Part shown: positions 1-8,261 of the stretch, piece after piece
Layout of the letters: each line of letters starts with the position of its first letter
Position numbering within the stretch: position 1 is the stretch's first letter
Assembly: GCA_036338595.1 (NCBI GenBank)
Contig: JAYZBV010000003.1
Location: 1 to 34,633, forward strand
Origin: Planctomycetota bacterium
Lineage (GTDB): Bacteria; Planctomycetota; UBA8108; UBA1146
Reading direction: 5' to 3'
DNA length: 34,633 nucleotides
The notes under the pieces: model-generated
Databases searched by the model: none
What the model saw: the letters and a program-made list of their open reading frames with translations, nothing else
What the model was told of the DNA's origin: nothing
Position numbers and translations under genes: made by a program

Positions 1-213
1 CTCGTCTCGATAGGACCACAGGTAGAGCTTCAATGATTTGCTCTCGATGCATTGCGCATCGGGGATGTATTCCAGTTCGAAGTGGGCAAAATCGGGTTGA
101 CCGGTGAGCGGGCACAGGCAGGTGAACTCGGGGCAATCGAATCGAATCGTGTAGTCCCTCAGAGGCTGTGGGTTCTCGAAGGTCTCGAGTTGACGGGTTG
201 GAACAGTGGTCAT
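1..213 (-). CDS. queF: NADPH-dependent 7-cyano-7-deazaguanine (preQ0) reductase, unimodular type; runs off the window start
   Basis: Manual reverse-complement translation from ATG 213: [71 protein letters not shown]. Contains the QueF motifs EFTCLCPxTGQPDFA (catalytic Cys) and [15 protein letters not shown] 7 nt upstream. Absent from the ORF track. Confidence 0.96.
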   Translation of the reverse strand, partial: MTTVPTRQLETFENPQPLRDYTIRFDCPEFTCLCPLTGQPDFAHFELEYIPDAQCIESKSLKLYLWSYRDE

Positions 214-338
214 CTCTTCGCTCCTAACGGATGGGACGAGCAGGTGTCTGACGGCAAGGGTGCAGTATCCTAGCGTCACCCGGCTGCCGAGGGGAGACGA
301 TGGTTCACAACCACAGAAATAGCAGTCGCCGGGTCAGA

Positions 339-513
339 CCTGGCTTGCGGGACCCATCGTGGGCCATCGGCGCTGCTTCTACCCGGAACCGTTATCACCT
401 GCGATGTGGAAACTGGTACGATCATTTCCGGTGATGCCCACCGCCGGGGTGAAATCCCCGCTCCGTCGCAAGCGACTGAAGAAGCAGCGGCCAGGCGTCC
501 CGACGGGGCCAGG
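339..513 (+). ncRNA. Candidate structured ncRNA, 6S RNA (ssrS)-like
   Basis: The ends pair (CCTGGC 339-344/GCCAGG 508-513; CGGGAC 348-353/GTCCCG 497-502). Perfect 10-bp stem 371-380/480-489. Hairpins 445-460 and 465-476. CCCGGAACCGTTAT and GATGTGG resemble segments flanking the 6S central bubble. Strand inferred from G-U pairs and not certain. Confidence 0.45.
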
Positions 514-525
514 AGAACCTTTCGA

Positions 526-1929
526 ATGAATCAGCAACCCACAGAAGAGGCCCCGATGGACCCGCCCCTTGATCCTGCCGGCGAGGATGCAGATCTCGAG
601 TCGGCCGAACCGATCATCGAGGTGGATCCTGCAGATGTTCTCGGTACCGATCGCGCATCCGGATACCACCCGCCCAGAATCTTGCCAGAGATCGCTCCCA
701 TCGGTGGGGTCATCCGTCAGCGCTGGGAGGATTTCAGGGTCACCGAGATACCGCTCTACAGTCCCTGCGGGGCAGGAGAACATCTCTACATCACCGTCGA
801 GAAGAGCAACCGGACGACGATCCAGGCGCGCGATCACATCGCCCGAACACTGGCGGTGAATCGCGAGCAGGTCGGCTTTGCAGGATTCAAGGACAAGCGA
901 GCCATCGCAACCCAGACATTTTCGGTTCAATTGCTGAGCGATAAAGGTGTCGAGGCGATCGAGGCGCCATGGATCCGGGTACTTTCGGTTTCTCGGCATC
1001 GAAACAAGATTCGAACTGGTCACCTGTCTGGAAATCGTTTCGAGATCAGGATCCGCGATGTGCAGCCCAACTCGATCGATCCTGCGAAGACACTCCTCGA
1101 GCAGGTCGCAGCCAGCGGATTGCCAAACTTCTACGGACCGCAGCGCTTCGGAATGCACGGAGATGGCGCTCGAATCGGAGCAGCACTGCTGCGCAGGCAG
1201 ATTGCCGAGGCTGTTGAATTGCTACTGGCACCACGTGAAGGAGTCGAGGAGGAATACCGAACAGCTTACAGCGCAGGTGAAATCGATGAGGCTCGCAGAT
1301 TATTGCCTCCCGGTAGAACCACCGAGGCAGCACTCCTGACATCGCTGCGGACCCACCCGGGAAACCTCCGAGCGGCTGCTCGCAGGATCCCTCACGCACT
1401 TCGAAAGATGTACTACTCGGCATATCAGGCGGAACTCTTCAACTGGGTCCTGATGGAAAGAATCCACAGGAGTACCGATGGCTACTGGATGCCGTGGGGA
1501 GGTGATGTCTGTCAACTGGAGGGGCAGCGCTCCAGATATCATGTTTCTCTCGATGCGGATGAAGTGAGCCGGGAGCAACAGCGTGCGAGAGAGGGCCACA
1601 TCAGTCCGACCGGGCCGATCTTCGGGCGGAAGATGAAGTTGCCTCAGGGGGAGGCGGGCAAGATCGAGAGTGCAGTGCTGATCTCCGAGGGGCTGCGGCC
1701 CGATTCCTGGCTCTCACATGTCAAGGGGATGAAACTGGATGGTACGCGTCGTCCCTTGCGTATCCTGGTAGGAGATCCGTCAGTCTTCTGGGAAGATGAA
1801 CAGCAAAGCCTGATGGTTCACTTCAGCCTACCTGCAGGGGCCTTTGCTACCATACTCCTGGAACAATTGATGGGAGCCAAGGCTTCCCCTGAAGGGCCTA
1901 GTTCTGTTCCGGAATCTTGCCCTGACTGA
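526..1929 (+). CDS. truD: tRNA pseudouridine(13) synthase
   Basis: EDFRVTE, catalytic GFAGFKDKRA, GHLSGNRF, PNFYGPQRFG, SAYQAELFN and C-terminal FSLPAGAFAT. Start moved to ATG 526 (AGGAG at 511-515) from the track's GTG 406. Confidence 0.95.
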   Translation: MNQQPTEEAPMDPPLDPAGEDADLESAEPIIEVDPADVLGTDRASGYHPPRILPEIAPIGGVIRQRWEDFRVTEIPLYSPCGAGEHLYITVEKSNRTTIQARDHIARTLAVNREQVGFAGFKDKRAIATQTFSVQLLSDKGVEAIEAPWIRVLSVSRHRNKIRTGHLSGNRFEIRIRDVQPNSIDPAKTLLEQVAASGLPNFYGPQRFGMHGDGARIGAALLRRQIAEAVELLLAPREGVEEEYRTAYSAGEIDEARRLLPPGRTTEAALLTSLRTHPGNLRAAARRIPHALRKMYYSAYQAELFNWVLMERIHRSTDGYWMPWGGDVCQLEGQRSRYHVSLDADEVSREQQRAREGHISPTGPIFGRKMKLPQGEAGKIESAVLISEGLRPDSWLSHVKGMKLDGTRRPLRILVGDPSVFWEDEQQSLMVHFSLPAGAFATILLEQLMGAKASPEGPSSVPESCPD

Positions 1930-4108
1930 TCTCCAGGATCTTGATGCTGTGGACTCCGGTGGGCAGTTTTACGTCGAACTGATCACCGACCTTTTTCTGT
2001 AGCATCGCCTTCCCGAGTGGAGAGAGATAGGAGAGCACACCCTCATCAGGCCCGCCGTCCCACGGTCCAAGCAAGCAGTATTCAGCCTCGGTTTTGGTCG
2101 AGAGGTTCTTGAAGCGGATCTGGCTGCCGAGTCCGATCAGATCAATGCTCGCTTCCTCGGGGTCGATGATCCGAGCTCGATCCAGATCTCCCTGCAGTTC
2201 CATCACCTTACGATTCAGGTTTTCGCGCTCCTCGATGGCAGAGGTGAACTCTGCATTTTCGCTCAGGTCTCCCAGTGCTGCGGCATCCCCGATCGCCTTG
2301 AAGATATCGGGGAGTTTCACATTTCGGATCTCTTCGAGTTCGTTCTGAACCTTGGTCAGCCCAAATTGGGTCGAGTAGATGGCGCTTTCGGCAACTGCAA
2401 CACTTCCGCGGCTCGGTTGTCCTGCCAGCACCTTGGGGAATTTCCGCAAGATGATGGCCTTCGCCTTGTCCAGGTTCGAGTCGCTGATGCACCGCGAGCC
2501 TGCAAGTTGCATGTAGATCTCGCGAGCATCTGTCAGGTCACACTGATCGAGAACCCGTCTCAGCAGCGCAAACGGCTTCACCGAGAGGTGTTGCCTGTAT
2601 CGCTTCACCGCAGTTTCGAGGCCTGGGTTCTTCGTAGACCCCTCATTTTCGAGTGAGAGTCGATCAAATAGTGCTGCAGTCTGTCGGAACAGATCGGCAG
2701 CAGAAGCTCCTGCAAGGGATGGTAGGTTCGCCAGATTATCCGAGGCGGAGCGACGTACCAGAAAGAGGAAAAACAGCGGCGACCTGCGAGGCCTTTGCAA
2801 CACGCTCGATGCTATCTGATCAGCAATCGCCAGTTCTCCCGACTCCTCGAGCAGATTGAGTACGAGTTCGCGCAGGGAATCATCTGCCTTCAGAAGCAGT
2901 TCTATTCGTAACTGTTCCCAGTCGTCGGGATTCATCTCTCGGATCAGCGCCAGAGTGTCCCTCATGTCCTCATCGCGGCCGATGGAGTTGAGCAGGTCTG
3001 CGCTGTGGACAGCCTTCATGACGATCGCTCCCAGCGCAGCATCTTCATCCCCGTCGGGTGAGTGATCGCGCAATAGCAAGAGCGCGGAAACTCGATTCGC
3101 AGGGTCGAGATCTCCGCGGGTGATGTCACGGCGCAGAATCTTGAACTGGCCCTCGAGAAGCGAATGCTGATCATCCGACATCTCGGTCAAGCACTCTCGA
3201 ATCGTCTTGAGGCGATCCTTGGGGCTCAGATTGGCGAATCGTCGCTCGATGCTGGTGGCGAGTGCTTCTGGTCCATCGAGCAGGTACAACTCGTTACTTT
3301 TTCCACCCGAGAGACCTACGAGGGGATCCTTCTTGATGGCAGTTCGTGCTCTGGACCACCACTTGCTCCAGGATGTGGACGGAACAGCGACTCCAACCAG
3401 TGCTTCACGAATTCGCGACAGTGGGATCGGGCGGCTACTGGTTCTCAACACGAGCTTGATCAATTCGCCCGGCTCTTCCTCTGCGATGCGTCGTAACTCC
3501 TCCGGGCGTTGCCAGCCGAGAACCTGGTAGTGGTCTGCTTCGAGGGGGTCACAGATCTGAGGGAGCGCTTCCAGTTTTACTGAATGACCATCCTTCTTCT
3601 CGAAATCAACGGTGGCAGTTCCCAGAACAGGGTCCAGTTCCTTCACGACGCCAACGCCCCAGCCAGAACGGTGTTTGACATACGACCCCGGCTGGTAGTG
3701 AACCATGCGCTTGAACAGCGGGATCACTTCTGCCGGTCGGGTGCCATCCATCAATCCTGAAGTTTCGACGCAGTTGTCAAATCCTTCGATGTGCCCGAAC
3801 TGTTTTCTGTACAGTTCCAGCAGCAGCTCGCGAGAATCCTTGTTCCGCGGCAGGCTGCACGCGAGCGCTTCATGAAACTCCAGCTTCTTGTCAGCAGTCA
3901 GGTCGTCAGTCAGTCCAGATTGGAGAATCAACTCCATCATCTGGCCGGCTCTTTCTCCGTGTCCGGCGGTCATCGCGTTGCTGGTCGCAGTGAGGTATTC
4001 CGCAAAGCGAACACTTTCGCCCTCGATGGCGTCGAGCCATGCCTCTTCGTACTCACCCCAAGCTTGTTCTTTCATCGCCTGGGTAAGTCGATCGATAAAC
4101 TTGGACAT
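1898..4108 (-). CDS. greA: Large GreA/GreB-family transcription elongation factor with a ~580-aa N-terminal extension
   Basis: The C-terminal ~150 aa carry GDLSENAEF, a coiled coil, LLGPWD and SYLSPLGKAML. The N-terminal region is helical with an SH3/Tudor-like GSYVKHRSGWGVGVV. Start is ATG 4108 or TTG 4117. Confidence 0.88.
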   Translation of the reverse strand: MSKFIDRLTQAMKEQAWGEYEEAWLDAIEGESVRFAEYLTATSNAMTAGHGERAGQMMELILQSGLTDDLTADKKLEFHEALACSLPRNKDSRELLLELYRKQFGHIEGFDNCVETSGLMDGTRPAEVIPLFKRMVHYQPGSYVKHRSGWGVGVVKELDPVLGTATVDFEKKDGHSVKLEALPQICDPLEADHYQVLGWQRPEELRRIAEEEPGELIKLVLRTSSRPIPLSRIREALVGVAVPSTSWSKWWSRARTAIKKDPLVGLSGGKSNELYLLDGPEALATSIERRFANLSPKDRLKTIRECLTEMSDDQHSLLEGQFKILRRDITRGDLDPANRVSALLLLRDHSPDGDEDAALGAIVMKAVHSADLLNSIGRDEDMRDTLALIREMNPDDWEQLRIELLLKADDSLRELVLNLLEESGELAIADQIASSVLQRPRRSPLFFLFLVRRSASDNLANLPSLAGASAADLFRQTAALFDRLSLENEGSTKNPGLETAVKRYRQHLSVKPFALLRRVLDQCDLTDAREIYMQLAGSRCISDSNLDKAKAIILRKFPKVLAGQPSRGSVAVAESAIYSTQFGLTKVQNELEEIRNVKLPDIFKAIGDAAALGDLSENAEFTSAIEERENLNRKVMELQGDLDRARIIDPEEASIDLIGLGSQIRFKNLSTKTEAEYCLLGPWDGGPDEGVLSYLSPLGKAMLQKKVGDQFDVKLPTGVHSIKILEISQGKIPEQN

Positions 4109-4113
4109 CTTGT

Positions 4114-5379
4114 TCAAACCCCCTGGTCCGGCTGGCCACCGGATCTTTCAGTTCTGGCACCTGGAGAATCGAATACGACCCTGCCTGCGGAGAAAACGGT
4201 GCGAGGCACCTCATTGGCGAATTCGTGAATCAGTACTTCCTCGTCTGGAGCACTCCACAGGATCAAATCTGCTCTTTTTCCTTCTTCGATGGAGCCGCAC
4301 ACCTTTTCACGGTCGAGAGCCATCGCACCTCCATGAGTCGCTGCACCGAGTGCTTCTTCAGCTGTCATACCCAGATGCATCACGGATAAACCAGCGATGA
4401 ACAGCATGCTCTCGATGGTGCAGGAACCAGGATTCCTGTCCGTCGCGATGGCCACATCGATTCCTGCGTCGATCAGCGGCCGAGCCGGAGCGTAACCGGA
4501 TTTGCGCAGATAGAAAGTGGTCCCGGGAAGTAGTGTTGCGACCACCGAGGCGCCTCTGAGGGCCTCGATCCCATCGGGGGTGATTTCCATCAGATGATCG
4601 GCACTCACTGCACCGATCTCGCCCGCAACCAGCGAGCCACCAGAGGCAGCGAGTTCGTCGGCGTGTATCTTGGGTTTGAGGCCGTGTTCGAGTCCTGCCC
4701 GGAGAATCCGGGTACTCTCTTCGGCGTCAAAAACGCCTTGATCACAGAAAACGTCGCAAAATTCGGCCAGCCCATCTTCCGCAACCTGAGGGATCATCTC
4801 CTCGCAGATGATTCGCAGATATTCTGCTCGATCGTGTCGCCATTCATCGGGGACCTCGTGAGCTCCCATGAAGGTGGCCACGATCTCGATCGGATGCTCT
4901 TCCGAGAGCTGGCGAATGGCTCGGAGCATCTTCAGTTCAGTCTCCGTATCGAGACCATAACCACTCTTGATCTCGATGGTGGTCGATCCAGCTGCGATCA
5001 TTCGCGCCAGTCGGGGTCTGGCATCATCGACCAGTTGATCGAGGCTCGCCTCCCGAGTCATCCTGACGGAGGATCGGATGCCACCCCCTTCGGCAGCGAT
5101 CTGTTCGTAGTCTCTACCCTGGCAACGCTGCACGAACTCCCCGGCTCTATTGCCACCGAACACGAGGTGAGTGTGCGAATCGACGAAGCCGGGAGTCAAA
5201 AGCGACCCGCTACCATCGAATGACTGTTGCCCATCAAAAAGACCGGCGAGGTCTCCCGCCGGTCCCACTGCTTTGATCTTTCCTTCGTCGACCGCTATCG
5301 AAACTCCCTCGACGGGTTTCGCATGACCGGGAAGCATTCTTCCAACATTCTCGATCAGGAGGTCAACTCGTTGCTTCAT
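4114..5379 (-). CDS. hutI: Imidazolonepropionase
   Basis: [49 protein letters not shown] 5379 overlaps the hutU stop (ATGA). Confidence 0.96.
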   Translation of the reverse strand: MKQRVDLLIENVGRMLPGHAKPVEGVSIAVDEGKIKAVGPAGDLAGLFDGQQSFDGSGSLLTPGFVDSHTHLVFGGNRAGEFVQRCQGRDYEQIAAEGGGIRSSVRMTREASLDQLVDDARPRLARMIAAGSTTIEIKSGYGLDTETELKMLRAIRQLSEEHPIEIVATFMGAHEVPDEWRHDRAEYLRIICEEMIPQVAEDGLAEFCDVFCDQGVFDAEESTRILRAGLEHGLKPKIHADELAASGGSLVAGEIGAVSADHLMEITPDGIEALRGASVVATLLPGTTFYLRKSGYAPARPLIDAGIDVAIATDRNPGSCTIESMLFIAGLSVMHLGMTAEEALGAATHGGAMALDREKVCGSIEEGKRADLILWSAPDEEVLIHEFANEVPRTVFSAGRVVFDSPGARTERSGGQPDQGV

Positions 5380-7064
5380 CGAGGTCGCTCCCCTCGCATT
5401 GGCACCCACAGGGAGTGCTCTTCCGCGAACCGGGTGGCATCTTCATATCCAGCATCGACATGGCGCCAGATGCCGCTGCCGGGATCATTGGTCAGGACCC
5501 GTTCGAGTCGTGCAGCTGCCTCAGGAGTTCCATCCGCGACCACCACCATTCCGGCGTGTATCGAGTTGCCGATACCAACCCCTCCACCATGATGGAGCGA
5601 CACCCAGGTGGCTCCGCTGGCGGTATTCAGCATCAGATTGATCAGGGGCCAGTCTGCGATGGCATCCGAGCCATCGAGCATCGCTTCCGTCTCCCTGTTG
5701 GGGGATGCCACCGAGCCGCAATCGAGATGATCCCGGCCGATGACGATGGGAGCAGAAATTTCTCCACTGGCGACCAGTTCATTGATCTTCATGCCGAAGC
5801 GCGCTCTTTCGCCGTAACCGAGCCAGCAGATCCTCGCCGGCAGTCCCTGGAACTGGACACGTTCCTGTGCGGTACGTATCCAGTGGCAAAGATGTTCATC
5901 CTCGTGGAACAATTCGAGTATCGCCTCGTCGGTGCGGTAGATGTCTGCGGGATCACCGCTGAGCGCAACCCAGCGAAATGGCCCCTTGCCCTGGCAAAAG
6001 AGGGGGCGGACATAGGCTGGCACGAACCCGGGGTAGTCGAATGCGCTCTCGAGGCCGGCGTCCTGGGCCTGACCTCTGAGGTTGTTGCCATAATCGAATG
6101 CGATCGAACCCGCTGCTTGCAGTCCGACGATCGCATCGCAATGGCGTCGCATCGCATCCATGGACAGTTCCAGATAGCGGTCAGGATTCTCAGTTCGAAG
6201 TTGCAGTGCCTCCTCCAGCGTCACCTGATCGGGAACATATCCACACAGTGCGTCATGTGCGCTGGTCTGGTCGGTCACCATGTCAGGGACGATACCTCTA
6301 CCAAGGATCTCGGGTACCAGCTCTGCAGCGTTACCCAGGACGCCAACAGATCGTACCTCGCCTGCCTTGCACAGTTGCCGGACGCGTTCGAGAGCCTGGT
6401 CCAGATCTTCGAAGGACTCATCGAGATAACGCGTCTCCAGGCGTCGACGGATCCGATCGGGATCGACCTCGATGTTGAGAGATACTGCGCCAGCCATCGA
6501 TGCGGCCAGTGGTTGAGCTCCACCCATTCCACCCAGGCCAGCGGTGAGGATCCAGCGGCCGGAGAGATTCCCGTCGAAATGTTGGCGACTCGCTTCCACG
6601 AAGGTTTCGTAGGTTCCTTGCAGAATTCCCTGGGTGCCGATGTAAATCCATGAGCCTGCGGTCATCTGGCCGTACATCGTCAGGCCTTCAGCCTCCAGGC
6701 GACGGAATTCCTCGATGGTCCCCCAGCGCGGTACAAGGTTCGAGTTGGCGATCAGCACTCTTGGGGCATCTGCATGGGTGCGCGCAACTCCAACAGGTTT
6801 GCCGCTCTGGACCAGAAGTGTCTCGTCGGGACGCATCTGTCGCAGTGTAGAAACGATGGCGTCAAAGCATTGCCACGAGCGCGCAGCCCTTCCAGAGCCG
6901 CCATACACGACCAGATTGTCGGGATCTTCCGCTACATCCGGATCGAGGTTGTTCATGAGCATTCGAAGTGGGGCTTCGGTGAGCCAGGACTGGCAGGAGA
7001 TCTCGCTGCCTCTGGGAGCGCGAACAATTCTGGGGCCGTGGGAAACAGGCTGTTCAACGGACAA
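5376..7064 (-). CDS. hutU: Urocanate hydratase
   Basis: [71 protein letters not shown] start with GAGAGG SD. Confidence 0.98.
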   Translation of the reverse strand: MSVEQPVSHGPRIVRAPRGSEISCQSWLTEAPLRMLMNNLDPDVAEDPDNLVVYGGSGRAARSWQCFDAIVSTLRQMRPDETLLVQSGKPVGVARTHADAPRVLIANSNLVPRWGTIEEFRRLEAEGLTMYGQMTAGSWIYIGTQGILQGTYETFVEASRQHFDGNLSGRWILTAGLGGMGGAQPLAASMAGAVSLNIEVDPDRIRRRLETRYLDESFEDLDQALERVRQLCKAGEVRSVGVLGNAAELVPEILGRGIVPDMVTDQTSAHDALCGYVPDQVTLEEALQLRTENPDRYLELSMDAMRRHCDAIVGLQAAGSIAFDYGNNLRGQAQDAGLESAFDYPGFVPAYVRPLFCQGKGPFRWVALSGDPADIYRTDEAILELFHEDEHLCHWIRTAQERVQFQGLPARICWLGYGERARFGMKINELVASGEISAPIVIGRDHLDCGSVASPNRETEAMLDGSDAIADWPLINLMLNTASGATWVSLHHGGGVGIGNSIHAGMVVVADGTPEAAARLERVLTNDPGSGIWRHVDAGYEDATRFAEEHSLWVPMRGERPR

Positions 7065-7249
7065 GTAAAGTGCCTCTCAAGGGTGGTTGCTAGCTTCCAC
7101 CCCCCGCTTCAGACGAGCCCCGATGGCACCCGATGCAGCCACAGGATGCAACCGAAAGAGGGACTTGAAGATGGCGAGGATCGACTCGATAGAAGCGAGG
7201 CTTGCGGGTAAAACGGATCCTATCGGCAACGAATGAAAGAGGTCTGGTC

Positions 7250-8110
7250 ATGAGGATCACCCGCGCGCGTGCCCTGGGGACATGCTTTGGAGTACGAGAT
7301 GCCATCGATGCGGCACTCTCCTCCTCGATCTCCACCGATCTGACGATAGTGGGCCAACTGGTCCACAATCCCCAGACCGTCCAGAAATTGCGTGAGGCTG
7401 GGGTCCAGATGGTGGATTCCATCGACGATGAGATCACGACCCGCAATGTCATGATCACGGCACACGGAGCGCCGGCGAGCATCAAGCAGAAACTGACGGA
7501 TCGGGGCCATGCCGTCTACGATGCCACATGCCCGCTGGTCCTCAGGGTCCATCAGGCGATCCGGCGACTGGTCGACGAGGGGTGGTATCCGGTAGTGATC
7601 GGTCAACCTGAGCATGTCGAGGTGAGGGGGATTGTAGGAGATCTGGATGAGTACACCATCATCAGCAGCGTCGATGACCTGTCGCAACTCGAGGGTAGGA
7701 CAAGAATCGGAATCGTATGCCAGACGACCCATCGCATCCGGCAGGCGAGAGAAATACTGGATCAAATCGGCCAGAGATTCCCGAACATGGAAGTCGAGTT
7801 CATCGACACCGTTTGTAAACCGACCAAGGATCGTCAAGAAGCGGTCGAGGAACTTTCGGTCGAGGTGGATGTCATGCTCGTGGTCGGCGGCTCCAATTCT
7901 TCGAACACCCTGAAATTATTGAAGGTGTGCAAGGAGAAGGGCATCATGGCTCACCATATCGAGAGCGATGCACAACTGGACCCCGCATGGTTCGTGTCAG
8001 CGGAGCATGTCGGGATCACCGCAGGAACATCGACCCCACATGAGGTCATCGATCAAATCCATGCACGCCTGATCCAGATCTCGAAGTCGGGCGATCTGGC
8101 GACCGAATAG
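7250..8110 (+). CDS. ispH: 4-hydroxy-3-methylbut-2-enyl diphosphate reductase
   Basis: GTCFGV, LVHNP, TAHG, DATCPLV, HVEV, QTT, DTVCKPT, GGSNSSNT, GITAGTSTP; three Fe-S Cys ligands. ATG 7250 with GAGG SD. Confidence 0.97.
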   Translation: MRITRARALGTCFGVRDAIDAALSSSISTDLTIVGQLVHNPQTVQKLREAGVQMVDSIDDEITTRNVMITAHGAPASIKQKLTDRGHAVYDATCPLVLRVHQAIRRLVDEGWYPVVIGQPEHVEVRGIVGDLDEYTIISSVDDLSQLEGRTRIGIVCQTTHRIRQAREILDQIGQRFPNMEVEFIDTVCKPTKDRQEAVEELSVEVDVMLVVGGSNSSNTLKLLKVCKEKGIMAHHIESDAQLDPAWFVSAEHVGITAGTSTPHEVIDQIHARLIQISKSGDLATE

Positions 8111-8261
8111 GCTCTTTTGAACCTTCTCAGCGACCGCATTTGGCCCCAGATTTGTCATTGTCCGGCGAAATTCTCGGACCAGTGGGGTACACTTCAAGTG
8201 AGTGCCAGACAGTTTCCTTGCCCTCACCTGGACAGGGAATTGACAGAAAAGGGTGATCGAG

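Noticed and set aside
214..330. preQ1 riboswitch upstream of queF
   Set aside because: No short stem-loop followed by the A-rich tail characteristic of preQ1-I on the - strand.
371..489. SRP (4.5S) RNA suggested by GAAGCAGC on both strands
   Set aside because: The helix-8 context CAGG-stem-GNRA-stem-AGCAG is absent. The word is simply one arm of the 10-bp stem.
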